From Thermoanaerobaculia bacterium (lineage in GTDB: Bacteria > Acidobacteriota > Thermoanaerobaculia > Gp7-AA8): DNA of 64,000 nt. The first letter of the stretch is position 1. The number at the start of each line of letters is the position of its first letter. The notes beneath the pieces are model-generated. The model did not search any database. It was not told the DNA's origin and saw only the letters and a list, made by a program, of their open reading frames with translations. Below are positions 53,806 to 63,045 of this stretch, in pieces. Made by a program: the position numbers and the translations under genes. The stretch spans positions 4,034 through 68,033 of the forward strand of contig DASVLC010000022.1 in assembly GCA_036385045.1 (NCBI GenBank), read 5' to 3'.

Positions 53806-55395
53806 TCACTCCACTGAAGCTTCCGCCCGACGTTCTTCGCCGGAAGCTTCCTCTTCGGTTTCTTCAGTCGTATCGGATTCGTCCGAGGCGCTCTCTTCGT
53901 CGCCTTCGTCGCTCGCCTCGGCCTCGAGGTCCTCTTCGTCTTCTTCGTCCCGATCTTCGTCCTCGGGCTCTTCCATCTCGTCGACCTGCTCGTGCCTGCG
54001 AGCGAGCTCGATCATCTGCCCAGCCATCTCATCGTCGACACCTTCGATTGCGGTCAGATCCTCGACACTCGCATTGATGACGGAGTCGAGATCGTCATAG
54101 CCGGCCTCCTCGAGCATGTCGGCCCACTGCTCGGGCATCTCCTCGATCTCGTGAACATTCGTCTGCGAGCGCGCCTCGGCCATCGCTTCCTGAAGCATGG
54201 CTGCGAGGGCATCGGCGACCTCGCCCTTGACCTCTTCTTCCGACTTGATATCGATCTTCGCGCCGATCAACTCGGCGGCGAGCCGGACATTCAGTCCGCG
54301 CTTGCCGATCGCCAGCGACAGCTGGTCGTTATCGACGATCACGTCGAGATGCGGCCGGTGCGCGTGGTCGTCGCTGGTGACGCTGACGCGCGTGATCTTC
54401 GCCGGAGCGAGAGCGTTCTGCGCGTAATTCACAATGTCTTCGTGCCAGGGAATGATGTCGATCTTCTCGCCGCGAAGCTCGCGGATGATGGACTGGACGC
54501 GCGAGCCCTTCATGCCGACGCATGCGCCAACCGGATCGACGTCGCGCTCGCGTGATGTGACGGCAATTTTCGCTCGCTCGCCCGGTTCACGCACGGCATC
54601 CTTGATCATGACGGTGCCGTCGTAGATCTCGGGTACTTCCATCTCGAAGAGCTTGATGAGCAGCCGAGGATCAGTACGGGAGAGAACGACCTGCGGACCC
54701 TTCGGCTGCGTGTGCACGTCGACGATCACTGCCTTGATTCTGTCGCCCTGTGAGTAACGTTCGGCGCGAGACTGATGGTGACGCGGGATGATCCCCTCGG
54801 TCTTGCCGTTGAGGTCGATGATCATGTCGCCGCGCTCGAAACGCTTCACGTAGCCGTTCTCGAGCTCGCCCATCTTGTCCTTGAATTCGTTGAAGACCTT
54901 CTCACGCTCCGCCTCGCGGACCTTCTGATACAGCACCTGCTTGGCCGACTGTGCAGCGATACGTCCGAGCTCGTCGGGCGGCTTGGTGAGAGGAATCTTC
55001 ACCTCGTCTCCCTGCTCGACCTCCGGATCGATCTTCTGAGCTTCGTAAGTCCGGATCTGAGTGTTCGAATCCTTGACGACGTCAACGACTTCCTTGGTGA
55101 TGTGATCCAGACGGATCGTCCCGCCCACCTCGGCTGCAGGATCGACGGCGCGCGCCTGTTCGAGCGTCCACTGGGCCTGCGGATCCTCGATCTCGTTCTC
55201 GTCCTCGACGATTTCCTTCACCGCGAAGATCTGGACCGCACCGGCTACCCGGTCGAGCTCTGCCTCGAGCGGTTCACGCGTCTTGTAGTACTTGCGCGCA
55301 GCCGTCGAAAGAGCATCTTCGAGCGCCTGGTACACGCGATCGACTTCGATCGACTTCTCGTACGCCAGCGCCTTGATATCTTTGTCGTTGAACAT
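53806..55395 (-). CDS. nusA: Transcription termination/antitermination factor NusA (with an acidic C-terminal tail)
   Basis: S1 and tandem KH domains (PVGACVGMKGSRVQSI, QLSLAIGKRGLNVRLA), then HhH repeats and an Asp/Glu-rich end. Confidence 0.97.
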   Translation of the reverse strand: MFNDKDIKALAYEKSIEVDRVYQALEDALSTAARKYYKTREPLEAELDRVAGAVQIFAVKEIVEDENEIEDPQAQWTLEQARAVDPAAEVGGTIRLDHITKEVVDVVKDSNTQIRTYEAQKIDPEVEQGDEVKIPLTKPPDELGRIAAQSAKQVLYQKVREAEREKVFNEFKDKMGELENGYVKRFERGDMIIDLNGKTEGIIPRHHQSRAERYSQGDRIKAVIVDVHTQPKGPQVVLSRTDPRLLIKLFEMEVPEIYDGTVMIKDAVREPGERAKIAVTSRERDVDPVGACVGMKGSRVQSIIRELRGEKIDIIPWHEDIVNYAQNALAPAKITRVSVTSDDHAHRPHLDVIVDNDQLSLAIGKRGLNVRLAAELIGAKIDIKSEEEVKGEVADALAAMLQEAMAEARSQTNVHEIEEMPEQWADMLEEAGYDDLDSVINASVEDLTAIEGVDDEMAGQMIELARRHEQVDEMEEPEDEDRDEEDEEDLEAEASDEGDEESASDESDTTEETEEEASGEERRAEASVE

Positions 55396-55454
55396 CGTTT
55401 TCTGATCCTTCCCCTTCGCCGCGCGTGAGGGTCACGCCGACGCGGCACGCCGCG

Positions 55455-55922
55455 TCAAATCTCTACTTCGAGTCGAGTTTCCTTGATGTCTTCGAGCGGG
55501 ATCGTGTAGTCGGCATCCTTCTTCATCACCGGATCCGTCACCACCACATTCGCTCCATCGAACTCTTTAAGCCGACCGACGATCACGTGCAACCCGCGAA
55601 TCGCCCGGCTCGTCTTCACTCGGACCAGCCGGCCGGTGAACTTTTCGTAATCCGCCATCTTGTAAAACTTCCGATCGAGCCCCGGAGACGAGACCTGAAG
55701 CTCGAACTCCGCCGGAATCGGATCCTCCACGTCCATCCACGTCGACACCTGCTGCGAGACGAGCGTGCAGTCGTCGACCGTCACCCCACCCTCTTTGTCG
55801 ATGTCGATGCGGAGGAGGAAACCGCGTCCCTGCTTTCGATAGTCGATGTGAACAAGCTCGAGCCCCTCGGATTCGACGATCCGGTGAATCTGTTGCTCGA
55901 CCTGTTCAGGCAAACCGCTCAT
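55455..55922 (-). CDS. rimP: Ribosome maturation factor RimP
   Basis: EGLELVHIDYRKQGRGFLLRIDIDKEGGVTVDDCTLVSQQVS. Located upstream of nusA. ATG 55922 is preferred because the 55937 TTG would lie inside a terminator U-tract. Confidence 0.85.
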   Translation of the reverse strand: MSGLPEQVEQQIHRIVESEGLELVHIDYRKQGRGFLLRIDIDKEGGVTVDDCTLVSQQVSTWMDVEDPIPAEFELQVSSPGLDRKFYKMADYEKFTGRLVRVKTSRAIRGLHVIVGRLKEFDGANVVVTDPVMKKDADYTIPLEDIKETRLEVEI

Positions 55923-55935
55923 GACCCCCATCAAC

Positions 55936-55958
55936 AAAAAAAGCGGCCGATCGGCCGC
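55936..55958 (-). terminator. Intrinsic terminator 14 nt upstream of the rimP start (leader terminator/attenuator)
   Basis: gcggccga-tcggccgc perfect 8-bp stem followed by seven U on the minus strand. Confidence 0.65.
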
Positions 55959-56142
55959 TTTCGAAAAAGAGCTGCTCGAAAGCCGACGAATACTAGCACA
56001 CCCTCACGTGCCGGACAACGCGAGCTGCTGCAGGAGGATTCCCGTCGAACGTCCCCCGATCGGACACGAAACGGCCACCTCACTCATTAGTCAAACGTAA
56101 GTCTGAATTGAGCTTACGCAAGACAGCCAGGAACGGCTCGAG

Positions 56143-56180
56143 CCTGAAAACGAAGAGGCCGCACCTTGCGGTGCGGCCTC
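56143..56180 (-). terminator. Intrinsic terminator of the secreted-protein gene 56206..57222
   Basis: gaggccgcac-cttgc-ggtgcggcctc followed by uucguuuuc on the minus strand. Confidence 0.6.
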
Positions 56181-56205
56181 CCGACGGTTGTTGCAGAGAT
56201 GGATG

Positions 56206-57222
56206 TCAGTGTCTGACGCTGCGGCGGATGTTGGCCTTACCAGAACCGCTCGGATAGATCTCGATGAGTGCTTCGTCGCTGAGCGCATGGAGGTACTGCG
56301 CTTCGAGCGTCGTGGCGTCACCTGTGACGTTGTCGAGCACCGAACCGTACGCGAGGAACGCAGGGCAGCCCTGGACGCAGTCGGCGGGGACGTTACCAAC
56401 CGGAACATTGTTCCGCTGTTCGACGGTCACGAAGTAATTGCTACCCGGTGCGGCGTTCGGGAACATAGCGGCAAACGACGGCTGAACGTTGCCGAGCGGC
56501 TCGAGATCCACCTGGTAGGTGCCCTTGAGGTCGGCCGCATTGAGCCGTCCCTGGTAAAGGTTCACGACCATGGTGGTTCGCGAGTACTGCGAGGCGTTGA
56601 CCAGTCCGACGTTAGACCGGAAGGTCCCGGCCTGCCCCACGGTGCCGTTGTTCGTGATTCCGGTGATGAACACTTTGTCGAGGCCGTTCGAGCTCTGCAG
56701 GGAGCTGACGAAGTGGTACCAGGGGATCCCCGAGAAGAGCTGACCCGTCGTCGGCGGATTCGCCGGAGTGGGGTTCGGCACCGAGTAAATGCGGCTCTGA
56801 ACGCTGATGTTCCGGAAGTTCGGACTCACACCCTGCTGGTTCTGCGTCTCAGGACCACAGCTCGTGCCGGCCTTGCAACCGTTGAAGATCAGCTGGCCGA
56901 AGCCGCTGCTCTGGCCGAGGGCGCTCTGATAGAAGTTGAGATACTGCTTCCTCTCGTACGGGGCGAGCTGGATGACGTTGTTGAAGTCGGTTCCCAATCC
57001 CGGGCTCGCACCGAACGGAACAGAGACCACCGATACCGAGACGTCATCGGCCGTGAGGTTGGCGATGAAGACGTCGGAGACGAATCTGACGGCACCGCCG
57101 CCTCCAATCAGATTGCCTGCGACCGGCAGATAGACCTGGTCAGCCGCACGGAAGTTGCTCGCGGATGCCCCGACGGCGCAGAGCATCATCACCGCGGCGA
57201 CCCCAAGTTGTTTCATGGACAT
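56206..57222 (-). CDS. Secreted protein of unknown function
   Basis: ATG 57222 behind AAGGGGA. Signal peptide MSMKQLGVAAVMMLCAVGASA. Beta-rich, Asn/Gly/Ser/Val-rich sequence with no motif recognised. Confidence 0.6.
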   Translation of the reverse strand: MSMKQLGVAAVMMLCAVGASASNFRAADQVYLPVAGNLIGGGGAVRFVSDVFIANLTADDVSVSVVSVPFGASPGLGTDFNNVIQLAPYERKQYLNFYQSALGQSSGFGQLIFNGCKAGTSCGPETQNQQGVSPNFRNISVQSRIYSVPNPTPANPPTTGQLFSGIPWYHFVSSLQSSNGLDKVFITGITNNGTVGQAGTFRSNVGLVNASQYSRTTMVVNLYQGRLNAADLKGTYQVDLEPLGNVQPSFAAMFPNAAPGSNYFVTVEQRNNVPVGNVPADCVQGCPAFLAYGSVLDNVTGDATTLEAQYLHALSDEALIEIYPSGSGKANIRRSVRH

Positions 57223-57379
57223 GTTTTCCCCTTTTACCTCATGGTTATGTTCTAACGATGACTGCGGATTCACTTCTGCGACGCCATTCTAGCTGAACTG
57301 CTCCGTCCAGCTGGTACTTTGAACGTATACGTTTGCCCCTTCGATTTCGTCACGGCCTCCGATCCGTATACTTCCCCGC

Positions 57380-58330
57380 GTGAGGCAGATACTCGATGCA
57401 ACCGTCGGCCCGATGCAAGATGGAGTCCGGCTTGACCGAGCACTCAGCGACCTCTTCTCTACCTACTCGCGCAATTTCCTCACGAACCTCCTCAAGAATG
57501 GTCACGTACTTTTGAACGGCTCCCCAGCGACAAAACCGTCCACCCGGGTCAGCGAAGGGCAGAGCCTCCGGATCGAGGTCCCGGACCCGGCGGCATCACC
57601 TCTCTCCTCACAGGACATCCCCCTGGTGATCCTCCATCAGGACGCCGACTTCGCCGTCATCGACAAACCGGCCGGACTCGTGGTCCATCCGGCCGCCGGA
57701 CACGCCGACGGGACGCTCGTGAATGCACTCCTATTTCACGTCGACGACCTCAGCGGCATCGGCGGCGAGCTCAGGCCGGGGATCGTCCATCGTCTCGATA
57801 AAGACACCAGCGGCGTGATGATCGTCGCCAAGAATGACGAGGCTCACCGCCAACTCTCCTCCGTCTGGAACAGTGACGCAATCAGGAAGGAGTACCTGGC
57901 GATCGTCTACGGCACGCCGGAGCCGCATCGAGGCACGATCGATGCGGCAATCGGGCGGCATCCGACGGACAGAAAGAAGATGGGGGTCGTGGCCGGTGGC
58001 CGCCGCGCTGTGACCGACTACGAGCTCGTCGAGCGCCTGCGCTACGTTTCCCTGGTTCGCTGCCGGCTCAGAACCGGCCGCACGCATCAGATTCGCGTCC
58101 ACCTCAAGCACCTCGGCCACCCGATCGTCGGCGATCCGGTCTACTCCGGCCCACAGTGGCGCGGCGTACCCGATCGAAGACTCCAGCAGGTCATCTCTTC
58201 GCTCCATCGTCAGGCGCTGCACGCTACCCGCATCACCTTCCCTCACCCTCGCACCGGCGAGCTTCTGACCTTCGAGTCTCCCCTGCCGGAAGACCTGCAG
58301 AACGTTCTCGACGCGCTGCGCGAGGCGTGA
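57380..58330 (+). CDS. rluD: RluA/RluD family 23S rRNA pseudouridine synthase
   Basis: N-terminal S4-like domain, catalytic HRLDKDTSG, and GRTHQIRVH. Confidence 0.9.
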   Translation: MRQILDATVGPMQDGVRLDRALSDLFSTYSRNFLTNLLKNGHVLLNGSPATKPSTRVSEGQSLRIEVPDPAASPLSSQDIPLVILHQDADFAVIDKPAGLVVHPAAGHADGTLVNALLFHVDDLSGIGGELRPGIVHRLDKDTSGVMIVAKNDEAHRQLSSVWNSDAIRKEYLAIVYGTPEPHRGTIDAAIGRHPTDRKKMGVVAGGRRAVTDYELVERLRYVSLVRCRLRTGRTHQIRVHLKHLGHPIVGDPVYSGPQWRGVPDRRLQQVISSLHRQALHATRITFPHPRTGELLTFESPLPEDLQNVLDALREA

Positions 58331-58359
58331 GGTTCGAGAGTGACTCGCAGGGGCCGTGG

Positions 58360-58529
58360 GGGTCGCGCGGCTCGCGCGATCGCCGATGGCGGCTCGCCAT
58401 CGGTGGCGCTCAGGAGAAGGTCGACGACCCGTTGATGGCGTCCAGGACACGCGATTCATGGTCGGTCTGCACCTGCTAAGCCCAACGCCGGCCGGAGGCC
58501 GGCGGGGATCGCGCGAGGCCGCGCGACCC
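58360..58529. repeat. About 170-bp element bounded by 22-23-nt inverted repeats, between convergent genes
   Basis: gggtcgcgcggctcgcgcgatc (58360-58381) against the reverse complement of gatcgcgcgaggccgcgcgaccc (58507-58529), with one indel. Inner hairpins are ccgatggcg-gct-cgccatcgg and gccggcc-gga-ggccggc. Confidence 0.6.
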
Positions 58530-58557
58530 ACTCGGCTTCGCCTTTGTACATCGTCCC

Positions 58558-59982
58558 CTACAACAGCATTCCAGCGATACACGCCGTCATGAAGTTGGCC
58601 ATCGTGCCTGCCAGCATCGCGCGCAGGCCCAGCCGGGCGAGGTCGCCACGTCGCGTAGGCGCCAGCGAACCGATGCCGCCGATCTGAATTGCGATCGAGG
58701 AGAAGTTGGCGAAGCCGCACAGCGCGTAGGTCGCGATGACGAAGCTCTTCGGCGAAAGCGTGGGACCGATATCGCCGAGTTGTACGAACGCGACGAACTC
58801 GTTCAGCACCATCCGGGTGCCGAGCAGGTTGCCCACCTGCAGCGTGTCCTGCCATGGCACGCCGATGGCCCATGCAATCGGTCGGAAGATCCACCCAAGC
58901 AGCACGTCGAGACTGGCTGGGAAAAGCGCACCGACCGCCGGAGCGATCCCGGTGAGCCACTCCTGAGTGAAGCCGAAGATCCCGTTGACCAGCGCCACGA
59001 GGGCGATGAATGCGATCAGCATGGCGGCAACGTTCAACGAGAGGTACAGCCCCTCGATTGCACCACGACCAGCGGCGTCGATGATGTTCACATCGGTCTT
59101 CGGCACTTCGACATTGACGTCGCTTCCGGTTTCCGGTGTACCGGTCTCCGGAACGATCATCTTGGCGAGCAGGATCGCCGCGGGTGCAGCCATGATCGAG
59201 GCGGTCAGCAGGTGCACCACGTCGACCTTCGCGACGAGCACGTAAGCCGCCATGATCCCGCCTGATACCGTCGCCATCCCGGCAACCATCACGACCATCA
59301 GCTCCGACAAGGTCAGCGTCGCGAGAAAGGGCCGGATCGTGAGCGGAGCCTCGGTCTGCCCCATGAAGATCGACGCCGCCGTGGACGTCGACTCGGCCCC
59401 TGAGGCCTTCATTGTCCGGGTCATGATCCGCGCGAAGAAGCGGACGACGACCTGCATGACGCCGAGGTAGTAGAGGATTGCGAAGATGGAGGCGATGAAG
59501 ATGATCGTCGGAAGAACTCTCGTTGCGAAGACGAATCCGACGGTGCTGTCGTTCGCTCCGAGTGTCCCGAAGACGAACGCGGATCCCTCTTCGGTGAATC
59601 CGATGAGGCGGTTCACGATCTCCTTCATCGTCTCGAACAGGTAGGCGAGAAGATTAAAGGCGAGGAAGAGATAGACGGTGACGATGCCGAACGCGATCCA
59701 GAGCCAGCGGCGCGACTCGGGCGCCATGCGCTTCGCCAGCTGTGTCACTACGATCGCGATACCGATGAAGATCGCTGCGGCGCCTTCGCGAGTCAGCGGC
59801 GGGGTGATGGCGGTGAACATCGAGGCGATGACAGCCCCTTTGAGGACCAGCACCGCAATGCTGAACTGAAGGAGAAGTCCCCAGCCGACCGTCTGCCAGC
59901 GGATCGCCTTCCGATTCGTCGACATCGCCCAGGCAAACCCGAGAATCGCAGCCATCCCCAGAAGGGCCGTGAAACGCTCCAT
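58558..59982 (-). CDS. nupC: NupC/CNT family concentrative nucleoside transporter
   Basis: 474 aa, polytopic. The N-terminus LLGMAAILGFAWAMSTNRKAIRW and overall pattern are typical of NupC. Confidence 0.88.
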   Translation of the reverse strand: MERFTALLGMAAILGFAWAMSTNRKAIRWQTVGWGLLLQFSIAVLVLKGAVIASMFTAITPPLTREGAAAIFIGIAIVVTQLAKRMAPESRRWLWIAFGIVTVYLFLAFNLLAYLFETMKEIVNRLIGFTEEGSAFVFGTLGANDSTVGFVFATRVLPTIIFIASIFAILYYLGVMQVVVRFFARIMTRTMKASGAESTSTAASIFMGQTEAPLTIRPFLATLTLSELMVVMVAGMATVSGGIMAAYVLVAKVDVVHLLTASIMAAPAAILLAKMIVPETGTPETGSDVNVEVPKTDVNIIDAAGRGAIEGLYLSLNVAAMLIAFIALVALVNGIFGFTQEWLTGIAPAVGALFPASLDVLLGWIFRPIAWAIGVPWQDTLQVGNLLGTRMVLNEFVAFVQLGDIGPTLSPKSFVIATYALCGFANFSSIAIQIGGIGSLAPTRRGDLARLGLRAMLAGTMANFMTACIAGMLL

Positions 59983-60049
59983 CGATTGCTCCCGCTTTCC
60001 GATTGAACCGCGCCGTGATGGTCGTTGAAAGGAGGCGGAGTGTCAATGA

Positions 60050-60203
60050 AAGAGGGCCGAGGGTTGAGGGCCGAGGGAAGAGGCGCAGGTCGAGACGTTT
60101 AGTCCCGTCATCAAACCCTACTGAGCGCGCCCGCCCCTCTTCCCTTGGCCCTCTTCCCTTGGCCCTCCTCCCTCGGCCCTCTTCCCTCGGCCCTTCTCTT
60201 CTA
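60050..60203. repeat. GGGCCGAGGG/CCCTCGGCCC long hairpin element (about 154 bp)
   Basis: Left arm agagggccgagggttgagggccgagggaagagg. Right arm cctcttcccttggccctcttcccttggccctcctccctcggccctcttccctcggcccttctcttcta. Confidence 0.85.
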
Positions 60204-60215
60204 TACTCCGCCCCC

Positions 60216-61037
60216 ATGATTGACGCGATCAACGACGCGGTTTCCTACGTCCGCTCCCGCAGCGCGGTCGAGCCGCGGGCGGGCGTGATCCTCGGGTCGG
60301 GCCTCGGGAATGTCGTCGACTCGATCGCGATCGATGTGTCGATCGACTATTCCGATATCCCCGGCGCTCGTGCATCCACCGTCATGGGGCATCAGGGCCG
60401 GCTCATTCTCGGCCATGCGCGAGGCCTCCCGATCGTCGTTCTCCAGGGACGCGTTCACTATTACGAAGGCTACGAGATGAACGATGTGATGTTCCTCTCG
60501 CGAGTGATCGGACGGCTCGGAATCCGAAAGCTGATCGTCACCAACGCCGCCGGAGGGATCAACACATCGTATGCGCCCGGAGATCTGATGCTCATCTCGG
60601 ATCACATCAACTTCATGGGCTCGAACCCTCTTCGGGGGCGGAACCTCGACGAGCTCGGAGTTCGATTCCCAGACATGAGCGAGTCGTACCCGATCGCGCT
60701 GCGATCGACCGCCCGTAGGGTGGCGGAGTCGATCGGGCTGGAGTTGAAAGAGGGCGTCTACCTCGCCCTGTCCGGACCGACTTACGAGACGCCAGCCGAG
60801 ATCCGTGCGTTCCGGACTCTCGGCGCCGATGCCGTCGGAATGTCTACGGTGCCTGAAGTCATCGCCGCGGCCCACATGCAGATCCCGGTGCTCGGCATCT
60901 CCTGCATCACCAACATGGCAGCAGGAGTGCTCAACCAGAAACTGACCCATCAGGAAGTGATCGACACGACGACGCGCGTACAGAGCGAGTTCACGAACCT
61001 CGTCCTGGGTACCCTCGAATCATGGGCATCGGGCTGA
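60216..61037 (+). CDS. punA: Purine nucleoside phosphorylase (PunA/PNP-I family)
   Basis: GVILGSGLG, GRVHYYEGY and GADAVGMSTVPEV motifs. I placed the start at ATG 60216 because the longer ORF N-terminus translates the repeat. Confidence 0.9.
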   Translation: MIDAINDAVSYVRSRSAVEPRAGVILGSGLGNVVDSIAIDVSIDYSDIPGARASTVMGHQGRLILGHARGLPIVVLQGRVHYYEGYEMNDVMFLSRVIGRLGIRKLIVTNAAGGINTSYAPGDLMLISDHINFMGSNPLRGRNLDELGVRFPDMSESYPIALRSTARRVAESIGLELKEGVYLALSGPTYETPAEIRAFRTLGADAVGMSTVPEVIAAAHMQIPVLGISCITNMAAGVLNQKLTHQEVIDTTTRVQSEFTNLVLGTLESWASG

Positions 61038-61109
61038 CGTCTCACCCGCACACTCCTGACAAACGTCAACTGACAACCGCACCCGATCCGGCCATAATGC
61101 GCCGGTCCA

Positions 61110-62318
61110 ATGGTCGACAAAGCAACTCTCGACGGTCTCCGTATCAATCGCCCTGAGCCGGTTCGATCTTCGCGCCGCACACACTGGCTCTGGATCGGCG
61201 CGGCAGTGGCCGTGCTGGTGGCACTGACGGTCTGGTATGCCTCGCGCCCCCGAGGAGTGGACGTTCGTGTGGCAGAAGCGCGGGCGATCGCGGGAGACGC
61301 CCGCGGCACAGTATTGAACGCGAGTGGCTATGTCACCGCGCGACGCCGCGCTACCGTCTCTTCGAAGGTAACCGGAAAGGTCATCGAGGTCCTCATCGAA
61401 GAGGGCATGCATGTCAAGAACGGTCAGATTCTCGCCCGGCTCGACTCCTCCTATGCCGATCGGGGGCTCGCTCTTGCACGAGCCGAGGCTGCGGCTGCCG
61501 CGAGCAGTCTGGAGGAAACGAGAGTCAGAATTCGTGAGGCGCAGCTCGATTACGACAGGGCCGCCCGTCTCACTGCAAGTGAAATCTCCAGTCGCGCAGA
61601 CCTGGACCGTGCGCAGGCGCAGCTCGATGCCATTCGCGCGAGACTCGCAGCGCAATCGGATCAGCTTCAGAGCGCGCGCCGGCAGGTCGACCTCCAGAGT
61701 CAGACTGTCGAAGACTCCGTGATTCGTGCGCCCTTCGACGGCGTAGTGGTCTCGAAGGATGCCCAGCCGGGCGAGATGATCTCACCCGTTTCGGCAGGCG
61801 GCGGTTTCACACGAACAGGCATCTGCACGCTGGTCGACATGAACTCGCTGGAGATCGAAGTCGACGTGAATGAGGCCTACATCAATCGTGTTCATCCCGC
61901 ACAGCCCGTCGAGGCGGTACTCGATGCGTATCCCGACTGGAAAATCCCTGCTCGCGTGATCACCACCATCCCCACCGCCGACCGGCAGAAAGCCACGGTA
62001 AGGGTACGAATCGCGCTCGACGAAAAAGACGACCGCATCCTTCCCGATATGGGTGTGAAGGTTTCGTTCATTACGACAGACGCCACCACCGCTGCCGTTT
62101 CATCGGTCGCTGTTCCACGCACGGCAGTTCGACGCGAAGGAGAGCAGGATCTCGTCTTCGTCGTTCGCGACGGGAATCTGGAGCGGCGGGCCGTTCGTGT
62201 CGCAGGGAGTGAGGGCGATCAGTCGCGACTCGCCTCGGGAGTGGCTGCCGGAGAGCAGGTCGTCATCGAAGGCCCGGCAGAACTCCGCGACGGGCAGCCT
62301 GTAAGAACGCGACAGTGA
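61110..62318 (+). CDS. Efflux periplasmic adaptor (HlyD/MacA-type membrane fusion protein)
   Basis: N-terminal TM, lipoyl-like and coiled-coil segments (ARAEAAAAASSLEETRVRIREAQLDYDRA), and a beta-barrel C-terminus. Confidence 0.85.
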   Translation: MVDKATLDGLRINRPEPVRSSRRTHWLWIGAAVAVLVALTVWYASRPRGVDVRVAEARAIAGDARGTVLNASGYVTARRRATVSSKVTGKVIEVLIEEGMHVKNGQILARLDSSYADRGLALARAEAAAAASSLEETRVRIREAQLDYDRAARLTASEISSRADLDRAQAQLDAIRARLAAQSDQLQSARRQVDLQSQTVEDSVIRAPFDGVVVSKDAQPGEMISPVSAGGGFTRTGICTLVDMNSLEIEVDVNEAYINRVHPAQPVEAVLDAYPDWKIPARVITTIPTADRQKATVRVRIALDEKDDRILPDMGVKVSFITTDATTAAVSSVAVPRTAVRREGEQDLVFVVRDGNLERRAVRVAGSEGDQSRLASGVAAGEQVVIEGPAELRDGQPVRTRQ

Positions 62319-62355
62319 GCTTTCGTTTCTTAAACCAGGATCACCAGGAGTCAGC

Positions 62356-63045
62356 ATGGCAAACGCACTCGTCCAGTTGAGAAGCGTCGATAAGGTCTTT
62401 CATCGCGGCAGCGAAGACATCCGCGTTCTCGGCAACCTCGACCTCGACATCGAACAGGGCGAGTTCCTCGCACTGATGGGCCCTTCAGGCTCGGGCAAGT
62501 CGACGCTCCTGAATCTGCTTGCGGGACTCGATCGCCCAAGCTCGGGCTCGATCGCCGTCGCCGACGAGCGGATCGATTCGCTCTCACGAGGCCAGCTGGC
62601 GCACTGGCGGTCGCGCCACGTCGGCTTCGTTTTCCAGTTCTACAATCTCCTCCCGGTGCTCTCGGCCGAGCGCAACGTCGAGCTTCCTCTTCTGCTGACG
62701 AACCTGTCGCGGGCCGAGCGGAAGAAGCACGTACAGACGGCTCTCGAAATCGTCGGTCTCACACATCGCGCCAGCCACACACCCCGTACGCTTTCGGGCG
62801 GTGAACAGCAGCGCGTCGGAATTGCGAGGGCAATCGTCACCGATCCGACGCTCATTCTGGCCGACGAGCCGACGGGCGATCTCGATCGGAAGTCAGGAGA
62901 CGGAATCCTCGACCTGCTCCAGGCACTGAACCGGGAGCAGGGGAAGACGATCATCATGGTCACGCACGACCCCCATGCGGCCGAGCGCGCGTCGCGGCGC
63001 CTCTACATGGTCGATGGACAACTCTCCAACGAGCTCGCCGCATGA
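62356..63045 (+). CDS. ABC transporter ATP-binding protein (MacB/LolD type)
   Basis: Walker [10 protein letters not shown], signature [14 protein letters not shown], Walker [12 protein letters not shown]. Confidence 0.95.
   Translation: MANALVQLRSVDKVFHRGSEDIRVLGNLDLDIEQGEFLALMGPSGSGKSTLLNLLAGLDRPSSGSIAVADERIDSLSRGQLAHWRSRHVGFVFQFYNLLPVLSAERNVELPLLLTNLSRAERKKHVQTALEIVGLTHRASHTPRTLSGGEQQRVGIARAIVTDPTLILADEPTGDLDRKSGDGILDLLQALNREQGKTIIMVTHDPHAAERASRRLYMVDGQLSNELAA

Noticed and set aside
53806-53990. The acidic C-terminal tail of NusA and the Pro/Ala-rich N-terminus of IF-2, considered as separate novelties.
   Set aside because: Low-complexity extensions of these proteins are common in high-GC lineages. 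I mention them only as context for the PNPase tail.
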